This document shows, piece after piece, positions 8,629 to 19,214 of a DNA stretch of 64,000 nt. Location of the stretch: the NCBI GenBank assembly GCA_018676855.1, contig JABHDY010000003.1, forward strand, positions 240,838-304,837, written 5' to 3'. A program made the position numbers and the translations under genes. Each line of letters opens with the position of its first letter. The stretch's first letter is position 1. This DNA is from Candidatus Woesearchaeota archaeon. GTDB taxonomy: Archaea; Nanobdellota; Nanobdellia; Woesearchaeales; GW2011-AR9. The notes below the pieces were generated by a model. It ran no database searches, had not been told where the DNA came from, and was given only the letters and a program-made list of their open reading frames with translations.

Positions 8629-10053
8629 ATGATAGAAATTAATTCATTTCTTGTTATGAACAATTTTTCCATTAAAGATACAATGCGTATCATTGGAAAT
8701 AATGGGTTAGGAATAGCATTCGTGACAAATAATGAAGGAACATTATTGGGAACTGTTACTGATGGCGATATACGAAAAGCGTTAGGAAACGGTACAAGTA
8801 TCAGTACTGATGTTGAACAAATTATGAATACAAATCCGATAACCGTTCAAGAAGAATTTACGTCACACGATTTGAAGAATAACGTTCATCAAAGAATTAA
8901 AGGATTCTCACGATATTATACATTAAAAGTTCCAGTCGTAGATAATAACAAAAAAGTTGTCAATATTGTTATGTATAACCTTCACGATAATACGTACGAA
9001 CTTTTGAAAGAATTTAACTCGCATCAAACAAAAGATGTTAAGAAAGTTCTTGTTGTTGGCGGAGCAGGATATATCGGTTCAACGCTATGTCATCAACTTA
9101 TTGAGAAGGGATACGATGTTCGTGTGCTTGATAAAATGACGTTTGGCCATGGTTCCATTTCAGAATTACAAAAATTGCCTAACTTTGAATTACTTGAAGG
9201 AGATTTACGTAACATTACAACTATAACGTCTGCTTTAGAAAATATTGATGCAGTTATTCTGTTAGCAGGAATTGTTGGCGATCCAGCAAGTTCAAAAATT
9301 CCAAAAGAAACTATTGAAACAAATTATTTTGCAACACTTGCATTAGCGAACGCATGTAAATATTATCAAATTAACAGGTTTGTATTTGCGTCAACATGTA
9401 GTGTCTATGGATCAAGTTCAGGTATTGTAACGGAAGAAGATGCATTGAACCCATTATCGTTATATGCTCGGTCAAAGATTGATTCTGAACAAAGTATTCT
9501 TAATCTTAAAGATACAAACTTTGCACCAACTATGTTACGAATGGCAACAGTGTACGGTCTTTCACGACGAATGAGGTTCGACCTTGTTGTTAACATTTTT
9601 GCGTTAAAAGCGGCAACGGGCGATACAATTTCAATTTTTGGTGGCGATCAATGGCGACCATTTGTTCACGTGGAAGATGCAGCATCAGCATACATTAAAT
9701 GTTTAGAAGCGCCATTAAAAGATATTGCAGGTGAAACGTTTAACATTGGAGCAGAAAATTATACAATTAATCAATTGGGAGAATTTGCGAAAGAATTATT
9801 TCCTGAAGCAACAATAGAAAAAACTGATAAGCAAGTTATTAAGGGAGCGTTAGACTCACGAGATTATAAAGTATCGTTTGCAAAAGCAAAACGTATTATT
9901 AAGTTTGAACCACAACGTACCGTTAAGAAAGCGATGTTAGACATAAAAAACGCTATCGAACAAGGATCTCTTGACAATTTTAACGATAAAGCGTATTATA
10001 ATGTTGAAATGGCAGAGAAAAAAAGTGTGCCAGATAATTCAAAGGAGATATAA
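8629..10053 (+). CDS. CBS-pair domain fused to NAD-dependent epimerase/dehydratase (extended SDR)
   Basis: LLGTVTDGDIRKAL CBS motif; GGAGYIG, ASTCSVYG, YARSK SDR motifs; GGTGA SD upstream. Confidence 0.85.
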   Translation: MIEINSFLVMNNFSIKDTMRIIGNNGLGIAFVTNNEGTLLGTVTDGDIRKALGNGTSISTDVEQIMNTNPITVQEEFTSHDLKNNVHQRIKGFSRYYTLKVPVVDNNKKVVNIVMYNLHDNTYELLKEFNSHQTKDVKKVLVVGGAGYIGSTLCHQLIEKGYDVRVLDKMTFGHGSISELQKLPNFELLEGDLRNITTITSALENIDAVILLAGIVGDPASSKIPKETIETNYFATLALANACKYYQINRFVFASTCSVYGSSSGIVTEEDALNPLSLYARSKIDSEQSILNLKDTNFAPTMLRMATVYGLSRRMRFDLVVNIFALKAATGDTISIFGGDQWRPFVHVEDAASAYIKCLEAPLKDIAGETFNIGAENYTINQLGEFAKELFPEATIEKTDKQVIKGALDSRDYKVSFAKAKRIIKFEPQRTVKKAMLDIKNAIEQGSLDNFNDKAYYNVEMAEKKSVPDNSKEI

Positions 10054-10055
10054 CA

Positions 10056-10571
10056 ATGATAATTTGGATAACTGGCATGTCAGCATCGGGAAAAACTGCA
10101 ATAGCAAACGAATTATACCCATTACTTAAAAACAAACATAAACATACAATTCTTCTTGACGGCGACGTTTTTAGGGATATGCATAAAAATGATGTTGACC
10201 ATTCAATGGAAGGACGAAAAAAAAACGGTGACAGAATTTGTCAGATGTGTAAGTTCTTAGACAAACAAGAAATTAACGTTATTTGTGCGTCCCTTGCTCC
10301 GTTTCACGAGATTAGAGAATGGAACAAAGCTAATTATAATAAATATTTTGAAGTTTTTTTAGATGTACCACTTAACGTTCTTGTACAACGAGATCCTAAA
10401 GGATTGTACAAAATGGCACTTAATGGAGAAATGAAAAATATGGTTGGAATAGATTTACCATTTCCACCACCACGAAATCCAGATTTAGTAATTAATAATA
10501 TTGGTGATAGGACGCCAAAATCTATTGCAGAAGAAATATTTTCTACTGTCGAACCTAATTTAGAAAACTAA
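10056..10571 (+). CDS. cysC: Adenylyl-sulfate (APS) kinase
   Basis: IWITGMSASGKT P-loop, LLDGD, RDPKGLY, GID.PF..P. Confidence 0.9.
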   Translation: MIIWITGMSASGKTAIANELYPLLKNKHKHTILLDGDVFRDMHKNDVDHSMEGRKKNGDRICQMCKFLDKQEINVICASLAPFHEIREWNKANYNKYFEVFLDVPLNVLVQRDPKGLYKMALNGEMKNMVGIDLPFPPPRNPDLVINNIGDRTPKSIAEEIFSTVEPNLEN

Positions 10572-11581
10572 CCATAAATATGTTTAATTCTTTTCTCATA
10601 CTCTTCTACAAGATCTTCCATGATTGAAATACATTCTGGAGATGCTTTTGACCGAATGTCTTGTTCTTTCTTCTCTCTATCTTCAGGTTTGATAATTCGT
10701 GGGATTCTCCCCTTTGTCAATGCTTTGCGTAATGATCCTGTTCTTGTTCGTCCAATAAAATTTTCCATTTTAACAACGTCTGGTTCAGGATTCGTTGCAA
10801 ATGTATCAAATCCAATAAATAACACTTGTTTCTTCTGTTCATCTGAAAGACTCTCATAACCTTCCCACATTCTTTGTAATCGTACAGCACACATTTTAAT
10901 AACCTTATCAGTTGGAGATTTACATGCCAGGTATTCTTCTTCCCAGCCGTAACAGTACCATGGAACAAGTTTTTTTCCGTGAAGAATGTTTAATGAAAAT
11001 ATTCGTGGATCGTCGGCTTCTCTTTTTCCATATCCTCTTCGACAGTTGCCAAAAATTGAATCGATTGGATGCCGTAACATTTCTATGATACGTAAACTTT
11101 TACCGAACGCGTCAAAGTAAATACTATTAATGCCAAGTATGTCATGTGTTTGAACTTGAAATATTGGTTTTTCTTTTAGAATTTTTTCAACAACAACGTC
11201 TCCCTCAGGAGCAAATAATCGTTTGAGGTATTTGAAAGGTTTTATTTGGTTAAACACACCAGAGTTGTCACTTTTTCTAAAATTGATACTTCGAGATATC
11301 ATTGATTCGTACAACTTTGTTTCCATTTCTAAACGAAGGCAGGCAACTGCTGCATCTCGTGTAATTTTTTTTAGTTTGTATAACCGTGGTATTCTATCAA
11401 AATTAGTTTCTATCCGGTGTAGTTCAACATTTTCAAGACTTGTTAAAATGGGACTTAACATCGTTTTTCCAGTCCGCGTAATACCATCTATTAACACAAC
11501 GGGTTGTGTGTAAAAATTCTGTCTGTAGAGTTTTACTCGTTTTGTATCTGGTTCTTTTGATGTTGTTTTCGATATTGTCAT
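10568..11581 (-). CDS. Sulfotransferase-like P-loop protein
   Basis: IDGITRTGKTML (5'-PSB-like), MLRHPID (3'-PB-like); adjacent to cysC. Confidence 0.6.
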   Translation of the reverse strand: MTISKTTSKEPDTKRVKLYRQNFYTQPVVLIDGITRTGKTMLSPILTSLENVELHRIETNFDRIPRLYKLKKITRDAAVACLRLEMETKLYESMISRSINFRKSDNSGVFNQIKPFKYLKRLFAPEGDVVVEKILKEKPIFQVQTHDILGINSIYFDAFGKSLRIIEMLRHPIDSIFGNCRRGYGKREADDPRIFSLNILHGKKLVPWYCYGWEEEYLACKSPTDKVIKMCAVRLQRMWEGYESLSDEQKKQVLFIGFDTFATNPEPDVVKMENFIGRTRTGSLRKALTKGRIPRIIKPEDREKKEQDIRSKASPECISIMEDLVEEYEKRIKHIYG

Positions 11582-11606
11582 GTTATTTATTTATTAGTTT
11601 ATTAGT

Positions 11607-12659
11607 TTATTTATTTACCAATTCCCAATTCAGTGGCGTTCCTTTCGTTACGTCTTGTGTAAACGTTTTACCAAGAATTTCTGGAAGATGTTGAGGATGT
11701 AATCCCTGGCCAGGCCGAATGGACCGAACATTTTCTTCTGTAATAATTTCTCCCTCAGAAACGTCCTTAACAATGAATAATGAACGTAAGAAAATTCGTT
11801 CTGTTTGCATTTTGTCTGTTAATTTGTACGTTCTTTCACCTAACGCTTTCTCTACGTCACGAACAGCATTGACCATAGTTTTAAATTCAGTATAATCTAA
11901 CGAAAATGCAGAGTCTGGACTTTCCATTTCTTTATTGAGGATGAAATGTTTCTCAACAACCTTCGCGCCAAGAGGAATGGATGCAATGGGAACAGTTGTA
12001 CCCAAAGAATGATCGGAGACTCCAAGTATAACATCGAACAGTTCTGCTAAATGTTCCATTGACCGTAAATGAACATCTTCAAGAGGTGTCGGATATGCAG
12101 ACACACATTTTAAAAGAATGATTTGATCATTACCAACCCTCTTGCATGCGTTAAGTGCTTTTTCAATATCGTCTAATGTTGCTGCACCCGTTGCAATAAT
12201 CATCGGTTTTCCTTTTGATGCCATATATTCAATCAATGGAATGTCGGTTATCTCTAACGATGCAAGTTTGTACGCAGGAACATTCATTTTTTCTAAAAAG
12301 TCAACTGCAGTTTTATCAAACGGTGATGAGAAACAAATTAATCCTATACTTTCTGCATACTCCTTAAGTTTAGGTTGCCAGTCCCATGGTGTGTACGCTT
12401 TCTGAAACAAACTGTACAATGTTTCTCCATCCCATAACGTCCCATGTTTAATTTTAAAATACCCTTTATCAGAATTCATAGTAAGGGTATCTGCTGTGTA
12501 CGTCTGAAATTTAATAGCGTCTGCTCCCGCGTCCTTTGCTGCTTTAATTGTCCTCATTGCAAGGTCATAGTCTTGGTTATGATTAGCAGATAATTCAGCA
12601 ATGATAAATGCTGGCTGTCCTTCACCAATTTCACGTCTTGCAATGGTAACTTTTTTCAT
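11607..12659 (-). CDS. pseI: Pseudaminic acid synthase (NeuB/PseI family)
   Basis: IIAELSANHNQ, AIKFQTY, SSPFD, SDHSLG, EKHF, C-terminal SAF domain RPGQGLHP. Confidence 0.88.
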   Translation of the reverse strand: MKKVTIARREIGEGQPAFIIAELSANHNQDYDLAMRTIKAAKDAGADAIKFQTYTADTLTMNSDKGYFKIKHGTLWDGETLYSLFQKAYTPWDWQPKLKEYAESIGLICFSSPFDKTAVDFLEKMNVPAYKLASLEITDIPLIEYMASKGKPMIIATGAATLDDIEKALNACKRVGNDQIILLKCVSAYPTPLEDVHLRSMEHLAELFDVILGVSDHSLGTTVPIASIPLGAKVVEKHFILNKEMESPDSAFSLDYTEFKTMVNAVRDVEKALGERTYKLTDKMQTERIFLRSLFIVKDVSEGEIITEENVRSIRPGQGLHPQHLPEILGKTFTQDVTKGTPLNWELVNK

Positions 12660-12663
12660 GTTC

Positions 12664-13728
12664 TTATTTTCCTCTCGAGATACGCTCTGCCGCCATATGG
12701 TTTACCAAATCATAGAACCTGTTCGTCGAAGCCTCGTTATCAAAGTATCCAGGAAGATGAACATCATTTCCTCGAACTTGAATAGTATCTTCAGTAAAAA
12801 CTGTTGAACTTGGTGTACAAAGATACCTATTTGAATCTCCAACATCAACTTCTTCAATCCCATATAATCCTTGAAGCTGTCCACCATGCACTGCATTTCT
12901 TAATGCTCCAATAAACGCATTACGATCAACTGGGTCTTTCAAGCCGAATCGGAACTTTATAGCCGAGACATTTGTCATTGGGCAAACAACATAATCAACA
13001 AGAAATCTATCTGGAGCAAGGAAAGATAACAAGTTTGGTGCTACCACTTCAAGTGTACACTCTTTTCTATACAGAACCTGATTTTTTGGATCTTGTAATT
13101 TATATTCAGGCATGTTATGAGCAACACTAACATCTGCATCCTCAACACCAAATGTATCATTCATCCATTTGGCTAATGGAACAAACGCGTTTACAGTACA
13201 AGAACCATACGACGTCACCAAATCTGTATCAAGATTAAAGTCTTTATGATTAAATCCAAATACTAATGTTTTATCTGCCTGAGGAGCAGTTGCAGAGATA
13301 ACTAAGTGTTTAGTTCTTCCTGTAAGAAATTTGTGTCGTGCTTCATCTGAATATTCAGCATGTCCACCTGAACATTCAAACACCATGTCTGGCTGACCAA
13401 TCCATGGAATTTCATCAAGAGATTTTGCACCAGTTCTTGTAAATAAGATTTGTCTGTTACTTGTTCCATGAGGTGTTGAGATGAGAAGTCTGTCCCCTTC
13501 AACTTTAAATTTGTATTGAAAGAAATTAACAGCAGGATCTTTTTTAATCATTCTTGCCGCATCATCAATAGTGAGAACCGGATCATTAATATATTGTATA
13601 TCAAAAAATGCACTGTCTCGACGGTCAAGCCAATGTTTCAACATGTGTAATCCAAATCGTCCAAAGCCATTCATACCTGCTACTAATTTTCCTTCTAATC
13701 CCGTTGTTGGGTTTTCTGTATCTGTCAT
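12664..13728 (-). CDS. Divergent class I GAPDH/erythrose-4-P dehydrogenase-like protein
   Basis: GMNGFGRFG, IND, FECSG, VISA, SYGSCTVN (catalytic Cys), YFDNE. Confidence 0.75.
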   Translation of the reverse strand: MTDTENPTTGLEGKLVAGMNGFGRFGLHMLKHWLDRRDSAFFDIQYINDPVLTIDDAARMIKKDPAVNFFQYKFKVEGDRLLISTPHGTSNRQILFTRTGAKSLDEIPWIGQPDMVFECSGGHAEYSDEARHKFLTGRTKHLVISATAPQADKTLVFGFNHKDFNLDTDLVTSYGSCTVNAFVPLAKWMNDTFGVEDADVSVAHNMPEYKLQDPKNQVLYRKECTLEVVAPNLLSFLAPDRFLVDYVVCPMTNVSAIKFRFGLKDPVDRNAFIGALRNAVHGGQLQGLYGIEEVDVGDSNRYLCTPSSTVFTEDTIQVRGNDVHLPGYFDNEASTNRFYDLVNHMAAERISRGK

Positions 13729-13749
13729 AATATCTCCTCCAGGGTATAA

Positions 13750-16302
13750 TTATTGATGTACATTACCGATAGGTTCAGTTTCTATCTGTAACGTTTCGTG
13801 TACTTTATCTTCAAGTTTGTTAAGTTCGTCAAACGTATCCGCGACGATAATAATATGATTAATTCTACTTGCACAGTTTCTATAATCTTTCACTTCATCA
13901 CCTATTTTCATTGAATGAAAGATATTTCTCACACCAGGCATATTTTCTATTTCTTCTAACCCTTTTATATTTCTAATGATTCCCGGTTCTGGAAAAACTG
14001 ATGTTGTCTTTGACCATTTCATCCATCTGGAAACTAAATCTCTAGGGTCCATTTCTTTCCCAGCAGCTATGTCTATTGTTGCTTTAACGATATCTATACC
14101 TAATGAATACGGTTTACGATATTGAGAGTCAAAACCGCCAGATGTTCGTGCAGTTACTTCAATAATTCGCGGTTTCCCGTCAACAATGATTAAGTCTCCT
14201 TTAAACGCACCATTGTCAACACCTAACGCAGTTGCTGCTTTTTCCATTAATGTGTACATGTCTGCCTGCATTTTCTCAGGTAACAATGATGGTGTTAATG
14301 AACCTACTTGTACAGAATATTCTTGCACGGGACGAAATTGTCTGTCTGAAACGCCTGCAGGAAACAGTTTTCCTTTATACATAACAGTATCAACACTATA
14401 TTCGTCACCTTCAAAGAATTGTTCAATAATTGCTTCTTTCCTCATGAAACAAAATTTCATTGCATCGTCAAACGCAGCAACAATTTCTTGATCAGTTGTT
14501 CCGTCCCGTAAAACTTTCACGCCACGACTTGCAGAATTGTCTAACGGTTTAATGATGCACGGATATCCAACTTTCTGTACAGCGTTTAATGCTTCCTCAA
14601 CAGTTTTTGCGGATCCAAACTTAACATAATCAACATTCTTTTCGTTAAGAACAGTTCTCATCTTAACTTTATCATTACAATTTAATGCAGCTTCAGGATC
14701 AATTCCTGGTAAGCCAGCAGCATGAGCAGCCATTGCAACGGTATATTCAACATCGCACCCTTGTGTATAGACAGCAACAATCTTATTTTCAGCTTTCAAT
14801 CGTTTCGCTAACTCAACATGCGCACCAATATCTTTTGTGCTAATAGCAAATGCTTCGTCCGCTAATTTTGCAGCCTCAGATTCTATGTTCATGTCTGTTA
14901 TATATACATAATATCCTAATTCTTTTGCTTTTTCGACAGCAACTTTTTGTAAAACTCCTGCCCCAACAATTAAAATTCCTTTTTGTTCCATTATAATCTC
15001 CTCTTTATTATTTTTAGTATGAATATCATTATCTGGATGTTGTATAAAGTACTGTTCTATTTCTTTATAGGAACGTACAATACCATCTACAACGTGAGAA
15101 TGAAGCAAATCTTTATCATTATTAATATTATGAAAGTCTAATAGGATGGTTGAAAACCCAGCATTTTTTGCTCCAAATAAATCAATATCAATATCGTGAC
15201 TTATGTACACACAATCGTGTGGAAAAACTCCTAATTGTGCAGCACAATCAAGATATGGTTGTTTGTTTGGTTTTGGTGTTTCATACGCACAAACAATGAC
15301 ATCAAAATACGTGTTAATTCCTACATTCTTTATTCTATCAAGTTGAATATCATGTTTTCCGTTCGTTACTATCCCTAATTTATATTTTCCATGTACTGAT
15401 TGAAGATATTCTAGAACGCCAGGTAACAATTTCTCATCAACTTTCTGTGTAAGAAAATTGTCAACTATTGATTTAACATAACTTTGATCTTGGTTTAACT
15501 TTGTCAGGACATCATTAACATGAAATTTGTATTTTGAACCTTTATCAGTATAGACTTGCCAGAAAAATTTTCCAAAGTTAGTTAATCCTAACTCTTCCTC
15601 AGCAAAAATGATTGTTTTTTCCCACCGTTTATGAATCCAGGATTCTTCATCAACTAACGCATCATCAAAATCAAATATGATAGCTTTAATGCATTGTATG
15701 TCATCTTTTATATTTCTTATTTCTTTTACAATTTCACTTTTTTCCTGAGAATAATATTCTTCTCGCAGTACAGAATGAAGTATCGAATCATGAAATTTGT
15801 TCTTCTTGTACACATGATTACGTAATACACCTTCCTTCACAAATCCTACTTTTTCAAGAACCGCAAGATGTTTATCTCTAAAACAATGTGTTTCAGAAAC
15901 AAGTCTATTATGATGTAATCGTTCAAATCCATACTGAAGTAACATGCGTAGTACATCTTCAAATAGTGTAAGATACTCTTCTGACCCCTCAATTATTTCT
16001 GTATCAAGTAAAAATGATAATTCTGCCCGTGCAGAGATAGAGTCAATATTGGTAAAACCACAATATCCAATAAACTTACCATCCACATTTACAATTGAAA
16101 ATAGTATTTCTTTGTTTGAGTTTGAAATTCGTTTCCAATACTCCTCCTGATTGTGTGAGGTTAACGGCTTAGACTGTCGTAAAACTGCAATCTGTTCGTT
16201 ACGCCATTTCTTAATCAGTTCCATATCAGAATACTCTAACGAAGAAAGGTAACATGATGATGATGAGATTATCTTTTCTCTCATGGTGTTATTATCTCTC
16301 AT
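13750..16302 (-). CDS. Triple fusion: GNAT N-acyltransferase (PseH-like) + HAD hydrolase + ATP-grasp ligase
   Basis: WRN...GFVKEGVLR GNAT; IIFDFDD, VTNG, KP HAD; IIKPLDNSASRGV, IEQF, IIEVTARTSG ATP-grasp; ATGA coupling at 16302 with a GGAGG SD. Confidence 0.8.
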   Translation of the reverse strand: MRDNNTMREKIISSSSCYLSSLEYSDMELIKKWRNEQIAVLRQSKPLTSHNQEEYWKRISNSNKEILFSIVNVDGKFIGYCGFTNIDSISARAELSFLLDTEIIEGSEEYLTLFEDVLRMLLQYGFERLHHNRLVSETHCFRDKHLAVLEKVGFVKEGVLRNHVYKKNKFHDSILHSVLREEYYSQEKSEIVKEIRNIKDDIQCIKAIIFDFDDALVDEESWIHKRWEKTIIFAEEELGLTNFGKFFWQVYTDKGSKYKFHVNDVLTKLNQDQSYVKSIVDNFLTQKVDEKLLPGVLEYLQSVHGKYKLGIVTNGKHDIQLDRIKNVGINTYFDVIVCAYETPKPNKQPYLDCAAQLGVFPHDCVYISHDIDIDLFGAKNAGFSTILLDFHNINNDKDLLHSHVVDGIVRSYKEIEQYFIQHPDNDIHTKNNKEEIIMEQKGILIVGAGVLQKVAVEKAKELGYYVYITDMNIESEAAKLADEAFAISTKDIGAHVELAKRLKAENKIVAVYTQGCDVEYTVAMAAHAAGLPGIDPEAALNCNDKVKMRTVLNEKNVDYVKFGSAKTVEEALNAVQKVGYPCIIKPLDNSASRGVKVLRDGTTDQEIVAAFDDAMKFCFMRKEAIIEQFFEGDEYSVDTVMYKGKLFPAGVSDRQFRPVQEYSVQVGSLTPSLLPEKMQADMYTLMEKAATALGVDNGAFKGDLIIVDGKPRIIEVTARTSGGFDSQYRKPYSLGIDIVKATIDIAAGKEMDPRDLVSRWMKWSKTTSVFPEPGIIRNIKGLEEIENMPGVRNIFHSMKIGDEVKDYRNCASRINHIIIVADTFDELNKLEDKVHETLQIETEPIGNVHQ

Positions 16303-17090
16303 TGTATACCTCCAACTTTCTTTGCCCATGTCGTTAGATGTTGAGGGAACCCCGTCTTTGTTACATATCCCATTGATAACAAAAGACGTTCAACTCCAAT
16401 AAATGTTATAGCACCATCAACCTTATGATAAGAAGCAATTGCAACATGAACATTGCTATCTGAAAGGTTACGTGAACATCCTTTAAGTGCTTCAATCTCT
16501 GCACCTTCAATATCCATTTTAATAAAATTAACATGTTGAATTTTTAATTCTTTCAACCGACTATCAAGTTTGATAACGGACGTTAGAGGAAGGTGTGGTT
16601 CTTCTTCTGGATCAAGAATAAATGATGATTCGCCACCCTGCATCTTGAATCGTAATTGTGTATTGGTACTCCATAATCCCTCAGAAAAAACATCTACGTT
16701 TGTAATACAATTCAGTGCAATAAGGTCAAGCAATTCTTCACGACCATTTGTATCTGGTTCAAACGCTAACACTTGGCCAGTATCACCAACAAACTTTGAT
16801 GCTATCAATGAAAACACACCGCCAGATGCACCAGCATCAATAACAACATCATTTTTTTGTGGCCGATGATATTTCAAGTAACCCTTAAGAACCGTTGCAA
16901 GACTTCCACACGGATTTTTTCTAAATTTGAGAGTAAAGTTTGGAAATGTAACATAGTACATATTCTCTTTAAAAGAAATGGTGTACACATTTTTTCCAAA
17001 AATATTCTGATACACACATCGTACTTTATGTTTAAAAACTGAGTCTGGAACAAGTTGTCCGTACAATTTAGCAAGCCTGAATTTTGTCAT
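16299..17090 (-). CDS. FkbM-family methyltransferase
   Basis: VIDAGASGG, AFEPD, FIKMDIEGAE. Confidence 0.88.
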   Translation of the reverse strand: MTKFRLAKLYGQLVPDSVFKHKVRCVYQNIFGKNVYTISFKENMYYVTFPNFTLKFRKNPCGSLATVLKGYLKYHRPQKNDVVIDAGASGGVFSLIASKFVGDTGQVLAFEPDTNGREELLDLIALNCITNVDVFSEGLWSTNTQLRFKMQGGESSFILDPEEEPHLPLTSVIKLDSRLKELKIQHVNFIKMDIEGAEIEALKGCSRNLSDSNVHVAIASYHKVDGAITFIGVERLLLSMGYVTKTGFPQHLTTWAKKVGGIQ

Positions 17091-19186
17091 GTTAACCTCT
17101 TAAAACCAGAATGGCACACAGGACCTTTGAGATATTTATCAGGATTACCTTCACTGATAGCCTTTGAAATAAAACTAAATGTATCATCAACTGCACGAAG
17201 ATATTGAGTTATATGGTCTTCTTTATGCGCATAGGATGCGAAGTACGCAGTCGTTGCCAAGAATCCTTTTTCCAACATTAATTGTGTAAACAATGTTTTA
17301 AGAACAAGAGGATTATCATACTCAAACGAAAAACTGCTTAATGGATAAATTCCTGAAACTTTAATTTTTATACCATACTTCTCTGCTAACATTGCCCACC
17401 CTTCCTGTACTTGTTTTCCATTTTGTTTAAGATGAGACGCAACATTATTTTCTTCTAATTTCTTGATTGTAGCAAGTGCTGCAGTAAACCCTATCCGTTC
17501 TGTCCAAAATGAACTGCTAATGAATGACCCTTGTGCAGCTTCCATAACGTTCCTTGTTCCAATGATAGCAGCGATTGGATACCCATTTCCCATGGCCTTT
17601 GCAAACACTGCAACGTCAGGATTGATTCCCAAATTTAAATGTGCACCACCTAACGCTAACCTAAACCCAGAAGACACTTCATCAAATACTAACACAATAC
17701 TTTGTTCTTTGGTAACTGCACGAATTTTTTCCAAAAATCCGGGCGCAGGATAACGGCCACGTAACGGCTCCATAACAACTGCAGCAATATTTCCTTGATG
17801 TTTCTGAACTAATTGTAAAAATTCGTCAATATCATTATAATGAAACGGAACGGCTGTTCCCTGTAATGCACGAGGAACTCCCCTGGGTTCTAATCCTGGA
17901 AGAAGATGCCCATCTAATGCAGCATCGTCCGCTAAATTTGTTGCAATGTACCAATCATGCCATCCATGATATCCGCAGAAAAGTATAAGGTCCTTGCCCG
18001 TTTTTGCACGTGCTATCCGTACCGCAACGGCAACCGCTTCGCCACCCGTTCGTGCAAACCGTACATTGTCTGCCCAAGGGTGAAGTTGTACCATCTTTTC
18101 TGCAAGTTCAACTTCTTCTGGACAGTTTAATGTCGTCTTTGTAGAATTGGTAATTGCGTTTGTAACGGCAGTATCAATATCATTATCTGCATATCCTAAA
18201 ATTGACGTACCAATGCCCATGTAACACAAATCTAAATATTCATTATCATCTAAATCCCAAACGGAACATCCCTTTGCTTTCTTGTAATATGCTGGCCACA
18301 AGTCCGGCAAATGTAATTCTGGTCTCTTTGATAATAATTGTGTTCCGCCAGGAATGAGCCGTTTTGCTTTTTCATAGAGTTGTTGTGATTTTCCAAGAGG
18401 AATTTTTAGTGAAGGTACTTTTTCTTGCACAACCGTATCTTCCTGTAACGATTTAGCATAGCCTTCATTCATTGATAAGTGTGCATTAATTTTTAGTAAG
18501 TCAGGATTATCTTTTACTACACGTACAATATCATGTAATCGTGAATCTTGTGAAGTAATCTTTTTCAACAGTTCATTCAGAAGTTCTACATCTTCTTTCT
18601 CATCAACGGTTAATCGAATATGTGATACGTCTTCATGATGTTGAAGATTAGTATGTTTGAAAAGTTCTTTATTTTTCCATATATAGGGTGTTACATGTTC
18701 CCTCTCTGATGGTAGGGTTGCTTCATGCCATGCCTTTTCTAACGCAGAAAAAGTAAACATGTCAAAGTCCATCCCATCAGGAAATGATGGTGGATGTGCA
18801 TTCGACCCATAATCAGCACTATCCCGTATAAACAATTCAATTGTTTTATCAATAATCTCAGGATCAATTAAAGGACAATCGCCCGTAATCCGTACAATGA
18901 TATCCGCATTAAAACGTTTTGCACACTGATAATACCTATCAAGAACGTCATTTTCATTTCCAACAAAGTAATTGAATCCTTTCTTTTTTACTTCTTCAAT
19001 AAGAGAAAGGTTATTCAGATGATCGCTCGTAGCAAGAACAACATCGTCAACACGTTGCGCTTTCCTGACACGTTCAAGAACATGATGTACTAACGGTTTG
19101 CCTGCAAGTAAACTTAACATTTTTCCAGGAAATCGTGTGGAACCCATCCGAGCTTGAATAATTGCAATTACTTTTTGTTTTGCCAT
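17087..19186 (-). CDS. SpsF/PseF-like cytidylyltransferase fused to class III aminotransferase (GSA aminomutase-like)
   Basis: IIQARMGSTRFPGK, RITGDCPLIDP; CGYHGWHDW, FDEVSSGFR, FAKAMGNG. Confidence 0.85.
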   Translation of the reverse strand: MAKQKVIAIIQARMGSTRFPGKMLSLLAGKPLVHHVLERVRKAQRVDDVVLATSDHLNNLSLIEEVKKKGFNYFVGNENDVLDRYYQCAKRFNADIIVRITGDCPLIDPEIIDKTIELFIRDSADYGSNAHPPSFPDGMDFDMFTFSALEKAWHEATLPSEREHVTPYIWKNKELFKHTNLQHHEDVSHIRLTVDEKEDVELLNELLKKITSQDSRLHDIVRVVKDNPDLLKINAHLSMNEGYAKSLQEDTVVQEKVPSLKIPLGKSQQLYEKAKRLIPGGTQLLSKRPELHLPDLWPAYYKKAKGCSVWDLDDNEYLDLCYMGIGTSILGYADNDIDTAVTNAITNSTKTTLNCPEEVELAEKMVQLHPWADNVRFARTGGEAVAVAVRIARAKTGKDLILFCGYHGWHDWYIATNLADDAALDGHLLPGLEPRGVPRALQGTAVPFHYNDIDEFLQLVQKHQGNIAAVVMEPLRGRYPAPGFLEKIRAVTKEQSIVLVFDEVSSGFRLALGGAHLNLGINPDVAVFAKAMGNGYPIAAIIGTRNVMEAAQGSFISSSFWTERIGFTAALATIKKLEENNVASHLKQNGKQVQEGWAMLAEKYGIKIKVSGIYPLSSFSFEYDNPLVLKTLFTQLMLEKGFLATTAYFASYAHKEDHITQYLRAVDDTFSFISKAISEGNPDKYLKGPVCHSGFKRLT

Positions 19187-19214
19187 TTTATGTATTTTAA
19201 TTTATTTTAAATTA

